Origin: Candidatus Omnitrophota bacterium | GTDB taxonomy: Bacteria > Omnitrophota > Gorgyraeia > Gygaellales > Profunditerraquicolaceae | Reading direction: 5' to 3' | NCBI GenBank assembly: GCA_016208765.1 | Contig: JACQXK010000065.1 | Coordinates: forward strand, 64,962 to 128,961 | DNA length: 64,000 bases | Part shown: positions 29,968-39,006 of the stretch, piece after piece | How positions within the stretch are numbered: position 1 is the first letter of the stretch | Layout of the letters: every line of letters starts with the position of its first letter | The notes under the pieces: generated by a model | What the model was told of the DNA's origin: nothing | Database searches by the model: none | The model's input: only the letters and a program-made list of their open reading frames with translations | Program-made: the position numbers and the translations under genes

Positions 29968-29970
29968 GAT

Positions 29971-30687
29971 ATGTATTTGTCCATAATTATACCGGCTTAT
30001 AACGAAGAAAAAAGATTAGCTGTAACCCTTGATAAAATACGCGGATATTTAGAAAATAAGAATTTTGATTTTGAAGTTATTGTAGTTGATGATGGCAGTA
30101 AAGATAGAACAGTTGCGGTTTCAGTAAAAAGTCTTTTGTTTAAGGAAGGAAATCTGAAAGTTTTAAGAAATGCAGAAAATAGAGGAAAAGGTTTTTCTGT
30201 GAGGCAGGGAATTTTAAATAGTAAGGGTGAATTTGTTTTATTTAGCGATGCTGACCTTTCTACCCCTATTCAAGAGCTGGATAAGCTATATGAATATATA
30301 AAAAGCGGCTTTGATTTTGTTATTGGTTCGCGCAGCTTAGGAGATTCAGATGTTCAGGTGCGTCAGCCGTGGGTTAGAGAGCGGATGGGAAAGGTTTTTA
30401 ATTATTTTGTAAAACTGTTGCTTGTTTCAGGTTTTAGTGATACCCAGTGTGGCTTTAAGCTCTTAAGACGAGAAGTTGCTTATAAAATTGCGTCTTTGTC
30501 AAAGATCGATGGATTTTGTTTTGATGTTGAAATGCTTTATTTGGCGAGAAAACTTAATTATAAAGTAAAAGAGGTTGGGGTGATCTGGTTAAATTCTGTT
30601 CAGAGCAAGGTTAGGGTTTTGGGGAGTTCCTTTGATATGTTCAAGGATCTTTTACGCATTAAGGCTATGCATAAATGCATTTCATAA
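29971..30687 (+). CDS. GT2 dolichyl/polyprenyl-phosphate beta-glucosyltransferase-like protein
   Basis: IIPAYNEEKRL, DDGSKD, NRGKG, DADLS, DTQCGFK, FDVE. Confidence 0.85.
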   Translation: MYLSIIIPAYNEEKRLAVTLDKIRGYLENKNFDFEVIVVDDGSKDRTVAVSVKSLLFKEGNLKVLRNAENRGKGFSVRQGILNSKGEFVLFSDADLSTPIQELDKLYEYIKSGFDFVIGSRSLGDSDVQVRQPWVRERMGKVFNYFVKLLLVSGFSDTQCGFKLLRREVAYKIASLSKIDGFCFDVEMLYLARKLNYKVKEVGVIWLNSVQSKVRVLGSSFDMFKDLLRIKAMHKCIS

Positions 30688-32366
30688 AGAAATACCTTTC
30701 TTTTATTTTGGTTGTCTTTGTTGGTTTAATTCTAAGAGCTTGGGGGATCAATTTTGGCCTGCCTTTTCAGTTTCATCAGGATGAGCCGATAGTTGTTAAT
30801 CATGCGCTTGGTTATGGAACTGGAGACTTAAATCCGCATTTCTTTATTATTCCGCCATTTTCGTCTTACCTGGTTTTTCTGGGTTATGTAATTTACTTTT
30901 TAATTGGGAAATTATTCGGAACTTTTGGTTCAGCTCAGGACTTTGCAATGCAGTTTTTCGCTGATCCTACCTGGTTTTACTTAATCGCAAGAATAATCTT
31001 AGGATTAATCCCCGGAGTTGTAAATATAGCTTTAGTTTATCTTTTATACAGAAAGCTATTTGGAGAAAGAGGTTCTTTATATTCAGCTTGTGTGGCCAGC
31101 TTTTCATTTTTAATGGTAACTAACAGCCATTATGCTTATGCTGATAATTTGCTGGTTAGTTTTATTTTATTATCATATATTTACCTTGTAAGAATAACTG
31201 TAAGGCCGGACATAATAAATTATATTTTTGCCGGGTTATTTATCGGGTTGGGCATAGGTACAAAATATAATGCTGGAATTTTGTTAGTGAGCCTTTTTGT
31301 TGCGCACTGGATAGGATTTCAGTCTCAGGAGAATAAAAATTGGTTTAATTATCGTATTTTTACAGCTTTAGGTATTATTGCAGCGACCTTTATTGTTATT
31401 AATCCATTCTCAGCCTTAGACTGGCAGCTTTTCTTGTTTACACTTACAAATAAGATGCGCAGCGGATATGTCGGCTGGGCGCATCATATTTTCTATTCGC
31501 TTAAAGAGGGGATTGGCCTATTATTGGTTTTAGCAGGTTTTATTGGTTTTATCTCTATGTTTTTTAAAGAAAGAAGAAAGGCGGTTTTATTTCTTTCTTT
31601 TCCTTTGATTTTTTATGTTCACCTGGCGATAAAAAGCCAGCCTTATTCAAGATACGCATTGGCACTTGTACCTTTTTTTGCTATTTCTTGTGGATTTTTA
31701 TTTTTTAATGTTATTCTACCGAATACAAAAAACAGGTTTTTAAAATTTATTTTTATGGCAATAGCCTTAAGCGCTCTTTTTCTTACCTTAGTAAAAACAA
31801 TTAAATCCGATTTACTTTTTGCAGGTAAGGACACAAGAGAGATTGCAGCCAATTGGATTGAAGATAATATTCCTGTGTCTTCAAAGATTGCCATGGATCA
31901 TACTTCATTTTCTCCCCCGATTAAACAAAGCCTGGGGCAGATAAAAGAAAAATATGCTTATATAAAGAAGAACCAAATGGCAGAATTAAAAGGAAAAAGG
32001 CTTAATTTATTAATTCAGGCTTTAGTAAATAAGAAAACTTATAATATTTATTTCTTAGCTCAAAAAGACACTGAATTGGAATTTCTTTCTATGTATCCAG
32101 CTGTAGAATTTGATTTGGGGAAGTTACAAAATGAAAATATTGAGTATGTGGTGGTGCATTATAATGTTTTTTATCCTGAGAAGGATGATTTTATTAAGCG
32201 CTTAAAGGAAAATTCAACCTTGGTTGCCCAATTTAGCCCGTATTTTGATAATAAAATCAGGTATGCCTATGATCAAATTGATATTACATGTTTACCAGTT
32301 GAGAGCAAAGAGGTTTATTCAAGAAGGTTTAGCGGGCCAAGTTTAGAGATTTACAGACTTAAATAA
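30675..32366 (+). CDS. GT-C ArnT/PMT-family glycosyltransferase
   Basis: HQDE acidic motif after TM1, LNPHFF, TKYN, multiple TM segments, soluble C-terminal domain. Confidence 0.75.
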   Translation: MHFIKKYLSFILVVFVGLILRAWGINFGLPFQFHQDEPIVVNHALGYGTGDLNPHFFIIPPFSSYLVFLGYVIYFLIGKLFGTFGSAQDFAMQFFADPTWFYLIARIILGLIPGVVNIALVYLLYRKLFGERGSLYSACVASFSFLMVTNSHYAYADNLLVSFILLSYIYLVRITVRPDIINYIFAGLFIGLGIGTKYNAGILLVSLFVAHWIGFQSQENKNWFNYRIFTALGIIAATFIVINPFSALDWQLFLFTLTNKMRSGYVGWAHHIFYSLKEGIGLLLVLAGFIGFISMFFKERRKAVLFLSFPLIFYVHLAIKSQPYSRYALALVPFFAISCGFLFFNVILPNTKNRFLKFIFMAIALSALFLTLVKTIKSDLLFAGKDTREIAANWIEDNIPVSSKIAMDHTSFSPPIKQSLGQIKEKYAYIKKNQMAELKGKRLNLLIQALVNKKTYNIYFLAQKDTELEFLSMYPAVEFDLGKLQNENIEYVVVHYNVFYPEKDDFIKRLKENSTLVAQFSPYFDNKIRYAYDQIDITCLPVESKEVYSRRFSGPSLEIYRLK

Positions 32367-32367
32367 T

Positions 32368-34602
32368 ATGGATAAGAGAAAAGACCTTGGTTATATCGGA
32401 TTGTTTGTAGTAATTGTTATTTTTGTTTTTTGGGATGTAGTTATTTTAAAATCCGCTTTTCTTAAAGGTGATTATGCCCAGCAATTTTTCCCCTGGTATA
32501 AGATTTACTCAGATAGTATAAAATCGTTCCATCTTCCTTTGTGGACAAATTATGTCCAGTGTGGGTTTCCTTTATTTGCCGAAGGGCAAATCGGCTCATT
32601 ATATCCTTTTAATTTGCTTTTTTTCTTTTTTCTTCCTTTTAAGGCTGCTTACAATTATTCATTTCTATTTCATTTTGTCCTTGCCGGAGTATTCACGTAT
32701 TTATTTTCAAGAAAATTAAAGGCGGCACCTTCGGGAGCTTTTTTGGCAGCCATACTATTTTGTTTTGGCAGTGTTTATGCCGGTTGTTTTGTAAATACAT
32801 CCAGCTTAAAATCTTTGGCGTATTTTCCGTTAGTCCTGCTTTTGTTTGAAACCTATTTAGAAAAAAGAAAAATCGGCTTTCTATTTTTAATTGGCGTAAT
32901 CGTTGGTTTGCAATTTCTATGCGGGGCAATGCAAATGACTGTTTACGCCCTGTTTTTTTACACAGTTTACTTTATGTATCGCAGCATTATAGAGAAAAGG
33001 CGCCTTATTGTTTGTTTTAAAGAGATAGCATTAATATCAGCTATTTCGTTTATGATTTCTTTGCCGCAATTATATTTTACCTCTGAATTGGCCAGTTATT
33101 CAAACCGTCAGGTTGCAAATCTTGGTTTTAGCCTTTGGAATTCGTTTAACCCATTATCTATGATCGGTGTTTTTCTGCCTTATTTAGGAGGCGTATTTAC
33201 AAAAGGTAATCTTATCTATGTTGGAGTTATTGGTTTTTTCTTTGTTTTTCTTGGAGGTTGGGTTTTTAAAAAAGAAAAAACAACCAGGGCTCTAATTTTG
33301 ATGTTTGTTTTTGCTCTGTTTTTGTCTTTAGGAAAGTTCAATCCAGTTTATGTTTTGTTAATAAAGATTTTTAAGTTTTATTATTTTCGCGCTCCGTCCA
33401 GGTTTGTGTATTTTGTAGTTTTTTCGTTAAGCATTTTAAGCGGGTTAGGTTTTTCTTATTTTAGCCGTGCCAGGCAAGCAATTCCAAAGATCATTTACAA
33501 GATATTTTTTGTCCTTGTGGCGCTATCGCTTGGTTTGGTTCTTACAGTAAAGGCTGTTTTTTATTTCTGGGGCAAGGAAATGCTTTTCTTCCTGAAAGGG
33601 TATGTAAGTAAGCATGTTTTTGGCCAAGTTTATCACCGCTATGATTTAGAAACTTACTTAAACAAAACGGAGTCTTTTTATAATGAAATGCTGGCAAGAT
33701 TTTCTTTTAGTAATCCCGTTGTTATTTTTTCAATAGTTATTTTAGTTTTATCAGCAGCCTTAATCTATTTTCTTAATTCAAAAAGAACGAAGCTGGTAAG
33801 ATCGTTATGTTTTCTTTTAATTTTTATTGAATTGTTTTTCTTTAGCTATATTTCAAGCGCAATCCGGGGAAATCTGGCAAACTTTAAAGATATCTCTCCC
33901 AAGGAAGTTAGTGTGATTTCTTTATTAAGAGATGATAAAGAAATCTCTAGAATTTTACCTTTTGGTGAGTTTAGTTCTTTACCTTCTTGGGCAATGCCAA
34001 GCTTAAACGCATATTACAAAATTGAGAGCGTGGGTTTTTATTCGCCACTTTTAAACCGCGATTATTATCTGGTTGCACAGGATCTTGGGATTGTTGATGA
34101 TTCACTTGGTATTGTCCCTGTTAAAAAAGAGAAGCTATTTGAGAAAATTGACTTAGTAAGAGATTTAAATGTTAAGTATATTATTTCTGACATGGGGTTA
34201 GAAAATTCTAACTTAGAGTTTTTAACGAAAGAAAATGGGAGCTTTCTTTATCGTTTAACTGGTTATAAAAAGCGTTTTGAGTTTATTCCTTCTTGCGGCG
34301 GCTCTAAGGCAGAAATTGAGGTTAAGATGTATGTCCCTGGGGAGTTAAGCCTCATGGTTAGAAGTGAAAGCAGTGGTATTTTTATATTTAGAGAGAAATA
34401 TTATCCGGGGTGGCAAGCTACGATTGATGGAAAAGTTGTTGAAATTAAGAGGTTCAATGATATTTTTCAGTCAATAAAGGTGCCAGCGGGAGAGCAAAAA
34501 ATTGATTTTAGATTTCAGCCCGTTAATCTTAACTTGTTTATGCTGGTATCAGGGCTGGTTTTTATATTTTGTCTCTGGTTTGGTTTAAGGCGGTGTAAAT
34601 AA
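32368..34602 (+). CDS. YfhO-family GT-C membrane protein
   Basis: GD..QFFP, PLW..GFP..YP, FRAPSRF, C-terminal YYPGWQATIDG..VPAGEQ.I.F.F.P plus final TM. Confidence 0.8.
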   Translation: MDKRKDLGYIGLFVVIVIFVFWDVVILKSAFLKGDYAQQFFPWYKIYSDSIKSFHLPLWTNYVQCGFPLFAEGQIGSLYPFNLLFFFFLPFKAAYNYSFLFHFVLAGVFTYLFSRKLKAAPSGAFLAAILFCFGSVYAGCFVNTSSLKSLAYFPLVLLLFETYLEKRKIGFLFLIGVIVGLQFLCGAMQMTVYALFFYTVYFMYRSIIEKRRLIVCFKEIALISAISFMISLPQLYFTSELASYSNRQVANLGFSLWNSFNPLSMIGVFLPYLGGVFTKGNLIYVGVIGFFFVFLGGWVFKKEKTTRALILMFVFALFLSLGKFNPVYVLLIKIFKFYYFRAPSRFVYFVVFSLSILSGLGFSYFSRARQAIPKIIYKIFFVLVALSLGLVLTVKAVFYFWGKEMLFFLKGYVSKHVFGQVYHRYDLETYLNKTESFYNEMLARFSFSNPVVIFSIVILVLSAALIYFLNSKRTKLVRSLCFLLIFIELFFFSYISSAIRGNLANFKDISPKEVSVISLLRDDKEISRILPFGEFSSLPSWAMPSLNAYYKIESVGFYSPLLNRDYYLVAQDLGIVDDSLGIVPVKKEKLFEKIDLVRDLNVKYIISDMGLENSNLEFLTKENGSFLYRLTGYKKRFEFIPSCGGSKAEIEVKMYVPGELSLMVRSESSGIFIFREKYYPGWQATIDGKVVEIKRFNDIFQSIKVPAGEQKIDFRFQPVNLNLFMLVSGLVFIFCLWFGLRRCK

Positions 34603-36255
34603 ATGAAGAAAACTTCTGTTAATCTATTGGCTTTTTTTCTTTTGGTGATTTTTGCGCTTTTGGCGTTTACAAGTATTTGGCCGGATAGAAAGTCACCGAC
34701 TTGCGATGAATTGGCGCACCATATCCCTACGGGATATATTTTGTTAACCAAGCATGATTACAAAATGGATACTTCGCATCCTCCTTTATCGCGTTACATC
34801 GTGGCTTTACCTTTGAAAGTTTTTATGCATTTAAGCGTTCCTAACGATTCTAAAGAATGGAGAAGGGCAGATCGTTCGGAGTTTGGGAAGGATTTCTTCT
34901 ACAAATACAATAACCAGCCTCAAAGAATTATATTTTATAGCAGGCTTGCAATAATTCTTGTCGGGCTGTTTTGCGGTTTGATTTTATTTTACTGGACAAA
35001 GAGGGCTTATTCTCCAGAAACGGCTTTATTTGCTTTATTTTTCTATTCTTTTTGCCCGAATATCTTGGCGAATACTGCGCTTGCAACCACCGATATGGTG
35101 GCTACCTGTTTTATTTTACTTTCAGCAGCTTGTTTCTGGTTTTATTTAAGAAATAACTCGCTGCGTAATATTATATTTGCCGGAATTTCTTTAGGCTTGG
35201 CTCAGCTTTCCAAGTATACGTCGGTTTTACTTTATCCAATTTTTATTTTAGTTTTTCTATTCGGATTTAAAGAGTTTGATAAAAACAAGAGAAAGGTGAT
35301 TTTCTGGCAAATTTTGTCAATTTTTGCTATTTCTATAATTGTGCTTTGGGCAGGATATGGTTTTGATTTTGAGCCTATACTTAAGAATGCAATGAGACAA
35401 AATGAGAAATTAGCAATTATACAGAATATTGTTTTAAAATTGTTTCCAACTGCCAGTACAGGGTTACTTCAAAGATTTGATTACTTTTTGTTAAATGTGC
35501 CAGTCCCCTTAGGGACGCATATCTTGGGGGTTTTAGGAATATTGCGCCATGGCTATGAAGGACATGGGACATTTTTCTTAGGTAAGTGGTCAGCACAAGG
35601 GAATCCTTTGTATTTTTTTGTAGCGTTTTTAATAAAAACACCTATACCGGCAATAGTTTTTCTTTTTGCGGGAATCATTGTTTGTTTTAAGGAAAAGATA
35701 AAGTTGGCTGAGAAAATTATTTTAACTACCATCTTAGTGTTGTTTACTGCTGCTTCTATGAATAAGCTGCAATTGGGGCTTAGGTATATTCTGCCAATTT
35801 ACCCTTTTTGTTTTATTTTAGCAGCAAGAAGCATTATTCTGTGGAAGAAGGTGTTTTTTAGATTATTTATGGTTATTTTGATGTTTTGGTATATTTTAGC
35901 TAATTTTTTTAGCTGGCCGAATTATTTGAGTTATTTTAACGAGTTTATCGATGGGCCAAAGAATGGGTATAAATATCTCAGAGATTCTAATATTGACTGG
36001 GGGCAGGATTTGCCCGAATTAGCAAAGTATATCAAAGATCATAAGATTAAAGAAATCAAGCTTATCTATTTCGGTACAGCAGATCCATCTTCTTATGGGA
36101 TAAGATATGCAAATTTTGAACCTCAGGATTATTTGTTTCCCAGGAAAGCAGTCTATGCTATTAGCGTGCACAAGCTGGAATCTGCTACATGGGCCTCTTC
36201 ATTAACCCCTACCGCAAGAATCGGTTATTCAATTTACGTCTACGACTTACGTTAA
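34603..36255 (+). CDS. GT-C ArnT/PMT-family glycosyltransferase
   Basis: PTCDE..H, HPPL, LATTD, SKY, GLRY, DSNIDWGQDL. Confidence 0.78.
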   Translation: MKKTSVNLLAFFLLVIFALLAFTSIWPDRKSPTCDELAHHIPTGYILLTKHDYKMDTSHPPLSRYIVALPLKVFMHLSVPNDSKEWRRADRSEFGKDFFYKYNNQPQRIIFYSRLAIILVGLFCGLILFYWTKRAYSPETALFALFFYSFCPNILANTALATTDMVATCFILLSAACFWFYLRNNSLRNIIFAGISLGLAQLSKYTSVLLYPIFILVFLFGFKEFDKNKRKVIFWQILSIFAISIIVLWAGYGFDFEPILKNAMRQNEKLAIIQNIVLKLFPTASTGLLQRFDYFLLNVPVPLGTHILGVLGILRHGYEGHGTFFLGKWSAQGNPLYFFVAFLIKTPIPAIVFLFAGIIVCFKEKIKLAEKIILTTILVLFTAASMNKLQLGLRYILPIYPFCFILAARSIILWKKVFFRLFMVILMFWYILANFFSWPNYLSYFNEFIDGPKNGYKYLRDSNIDWGQDLPELAKYIKDHKIKEIKLIYFGTADPSSYGIRYANFEPQDYLFPRKAVYAISVHKLESATWASSLTPTARIGYSIYVYDLR

Positions 36256-36269
36256 TTTAAACAGGTTAG

Positions 36270-36302
36270 TTAGTGACTATTAGTGACTATTAGTGACTAT
36301 TA
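36270..36302. repeat. 10-bp tandem repeat (TTAGTGACTA)x3 with palindromic units
   Basis: Three exact copies plus TTA; each contains TAGT-G-ACTA. Confidence 0.9.
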
Positions 36303-36312
36303 AGAATAGTTG

Positions 36313-36340
36313 TTGACTTCATAGGTAAATGTGTTATACT
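36313..36340 (+). promoter_or_regulatory. Sigma70-type promoter with extended -10, upstream of the second glycan block
   Basis: TTGACT (36313-36318), 16 bp spacer, TG-T-TATACT (-10 at 36335-36340). Confidence 0.7.
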
Positions 36341-36347
36341 TTACCTA
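36322..36347. promoter_or_regulatory. Putative operator: inverted repeat straddling the -10 box
   Basis: TAGGTAAA (36322-36329), N10, TTTACCTA (36340-36347); extra TTACCT half-site at 36363-36368. Confidence 0.6.
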
Positions 36348-36384
36348 AATTGAATAAATTGCTTACCTTAGAGTTCATCAAAAA

Positions 36385-37692
36385 ATGAAAATAAAGCTTA
36401 TAAACCTACCTCAGCCAAATTCACTTGATGACAAACTTGACCCGCCTTTGGGCCTGATGTATATCAAGTCTTTTCTAAAAAAACACAATATTGATTCTGA
36501 TATTGTAGATTTGCCTTTTGTAGACAGAGATGATTGGAAGGATAAAATAGGGGATGCTGATTTATATGGCATGACTGTTTATTCTGCCTCATTATATTTG
36601 GCAAAAGAAGTAGCTAAAATAGCCAAAGAAAATAATCCAAAAGCTAAAATTATCGTTGGTGGGCCGCACCCTACAACATTGCAGGAGCAAACTCTTGAAG
36701 ATGAACCTAATTTTGACATTGTTGTCATGCAAGAGGGTGAAAAAACAATGCTTGAAATTGCCGAGGGAAGAAGCCTCAGCGCGATTGATGGTATTGTTTA
36801 CCGGCATTCACGGCAAATCTATAAGAATACCAATAGAGGCTTGATCTCAGATTTAGATATTATTCCTTTTCCCGATAGAGAATTGCTTGCTCAAAATAAA
36901 TATACCAGAAAAGTTTTAGGTAATTTTGCAACATCTTTGATTACCAGCCGCGGGTGCGTTTTTAATTGTAGTTTTTGCTGTAAAGATGTGTTTGGCTCTA
37001 AGGTGCGGTTTAGGTCCATAAATAGCGTAATTGAAGAAGTAAAACAGGTTATAGAGCGTTTCGGAATCAGGCATTTCTTATTTTATGACGATACCTTTGT
37101 TTTAAAGCGAGATAGATTATATTCTCTTTGCGAAAAGCTTTCTAAGTTGGATATTATTTTTCGCTGTAATGGCAATGCGAGGCATAATACTTTTGAAGAT
37201 TATCAGATGTTGTATGAGGCTGGATGCAGAGAAATTGCATTTGGGATTGAAACAGGTTCGCAGAGAATCCTGAATATAATTAATAAAGGGGTTACTGTTG
37301 AGCAGAACAGAAAGGCAATTATTGATGCAAGAAGGGCAGGATTATTGGTAAAAGCATATTTAATGATTGGAAATCCCGGTGAGACAAAAGAAAGCGTGCA
37401 GGAAACGATTAAATTTGTTAAAGAAACCGATCCTGATCAGTTTACGCTTTTTACATTTGTGCCTCTTCCTGGTTCTGATATCTGGAAGAATCCTGAAAAA
37501 TACAAAATCAAGATTATTAACAGGGATTTCAAGGAATATTTTAATATTGCCGGAGATAATGAGGGCGGGGCGGTTATTGAAACTGAGGAATTAGGCTCTG
37601 ATGATATTAGAAAATTAAGGGAAGAACTTTTGGGTTTTCTTAAATTAAAGGGCCAGCGTGGCCGCTTACAGGATTATTACACTAAACTATGA
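36385..37692 (+). CDS. B12-binding radical SAM protein
   Basis: PPLGLMY, GGPHPT, EGE, SRGCVFNCSFC (CX3CX2C), GIETGS, PLPGS. Confidence 0.9.
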   Translation: MKIKLINLPQPNSLDDKLDPPLGLMYIKSFLKKHNIDSDIVDLPFVDRDDWKDKIGDADLYGMTVYSASLYLAKEVAKIAKENNPKAKIIVGGPHPTTLQEQTLEDEPNFDIVVMQEGEKTMLEIAEGRSLSAIDGIVYRHSRQIYKNTNRGLISDLDIIPFPDRELLAQNKYTRKVLGNFATSLITSRGCVFNCSFCCKDVFGSKVRFRSINSVIEEVKQVIERFGIRHFLFYDDTFVLKRDRLYSLCEKLSKLDIIFRCNGNARHNTFEDYQMLYEAGCREIAFGIETGSQRILNIINKGVTVEQNRKAIIDARRAGLLVKAYLMIGNPGETKESVQETIKFVKETDPDQFTLFTFVPLPGSDIWKNPEKYKIKIINRDFKEYFNIAGDNEGGAVIETEELGSDDIRKLREELLGFLKLKGQRGRLQDYYTKL

Positions 37693-37712
37693 GTAAAAAA
37701 GAGGAGCAGGAT

Positions 37713-37952
37713 ATGGAGATTAAAGCTAATGAGGTTTATACCACCCAGGAAGCACAGAGATTGTTAAAAGTCAGCCCAAGCACAACCATGCGTTTGATTA
37801 AAAAAGGTATTATCCGGACGGCAAAAGTCGGCAAGCAATATCGGATTATGGGAAAAGAACTTCTGCGGATACTTTCTCCAGAATTAGAAGACAAAGTAGG
37901 CAAGATTTACAATAAGGGTAGATCATGGCTACATGAGAGTGCAGATGAATAA
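37713..37952 (+). CDS. Excisionase/MerR-like helix-turn-helix DNA-binding protein
   Basis: YTTQEAQRLLKVSPSTTMRLIKKG..KVGKQYRI; ATG at 37713 has a GAGGAG RBS (alternative start 37689). Confidence 0.85.
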   Translation: MEIKANEVYTTQEAQRLLKVSPSTTMRLIKKGIIRTAKVGKQYRIMGKELLRILSPELEDKVGKIYNKGRSWLHESADE

Positions 37953-39006
37953 TAATCTTAATCCTGCAATGGCGCAAGAAATTAAAATAGGGAACAGAAA
38001 GATAGGCAATGCCCATAGGCCTTTAGTAATTGCAGAAATAGGCATTAATCATGAAGGCCGGATAGAAAAAGCTTATGAAATGATTGATGATGCTCATCGG
38101 GTGGGTTGTGAGTGTGTCAAATTTCAATGCCATGTAGTTGAAGATGAAATGATCCCTAATGAAGTAATTCCTGGAAATGCTACGGAGAGCATATGGGCGA
38201 TGATGAAAAGATGCCAGCTTGCTGAGCAGCAAGAAGCCTTGCTGAAGCAGTATACAGAATCAAAAGGCATGCTGTTTCTTTCTACTCCGTTTTCCAGGGC
38301 AGCAGCTGATAGACTTGAAAATATGGGTGTTTTAGCCTATAAAATAGGGTCAGGTGAATGTAATAACTATCCTCTTATTGAGCATATTGCTGGATTTAGA
38401 AAACCGGTTATTTTGAGTACTGGGATGAATGACATTGTTTCTATTAAAAAAGCCGTTTCTATTATTGAAAGCTACGGGATACCATATGCGCTTCTTCATT
38501 GTACTTCTATTTACCCAACACCTTATGAAAAAGTAAGGCTCGGTGCTTTAGGTGAAATCAAAAATAAATTTCCAAATGCAGTGGTAGGCTTAAGCGATCA
38601 TTCCATAGGAAACTATACAAGTTTTGCTGCAGTTGCATTAGGGGCAAGTATAATTGAAAAACATTTCACGTCTAATAAAGCTTGGCCCGGTTCAGACATA
38701 TCTTTATCAATTGATCCTGAAGAGTTGAAGGAATTAATTGTTGGCTCAGAAGCTATTTATCAGGCAGGAGGTGCATCTAAGACTATTCTCAGCGAGGAGC
38801 AAAAAACCATAGATTTTGCTTATGCTTGTGTTGTTTCTATAAAAGATATTAAGGCTGGTGATTTCTTATCGGCAGAAAATATTTGGGTTAAAAGGCCGGG
38901 GACAGGGGAAATAAAAGCAGAAAATTTTAAAAGTATATTAGGAAAAAAGGTTAAAACTGAAATTAAAGCTAATTCTCAGATAAAATGGAGTGATATTGGT
39001 GGATAA
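37945..39006 (+). CDS. neuB: N-acetylneuraminate synthase (Neisseria SiaC-like)
   Basis: AEIGINHEG, STPFSRAAA, KIGSGECNNYPLI, LSDHS, EKHFT, C-terminal SAF domain WVKRPG; start uncertain (37933/37945/37969). Confidence 0.9.
   Translation: MNNNLNPAMAQEIKIGNRKIGNAHRPLVIAEIGINHEGRIEKAYEMIDDAHRVGCECVKFQCHVVEDEMIPNEVIPGNATESIWAMMKRCQLAEQQEALLKQYTESKGMLFLSTPFSRAAADRLENMGVLAYKIGSGECNNYPLIEHIAGFRKPVILSTGMNDIVSIKKAVSIIESYGIPYALLHCTSIYPTPYEKVRLGALGEIKNKFPNAVVGLSDHSIGNYTSFAAVALGASIIEKHFTSNKAWPGSDISLSIDPEELKELIVGSEAIYQAGGASKTILSEEQKTIDFAYACVVSIKDIKAGDFLSAENIWVKRPGTGEIKAENFKSILGKKVKTEIKANSQIKWSDIGG

Noticed and set aside
36270-36302. CRISPR array
   Set aside because: Units are 10 bp, contiguous, without spacers, and no cas genes are present
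37689-37952. Prophage or integrative element marked by an excisionase
   Set aside because: No integrase, att-like repeats, tRNA or phage genes; the gene is embedded in a biosynthetic operon
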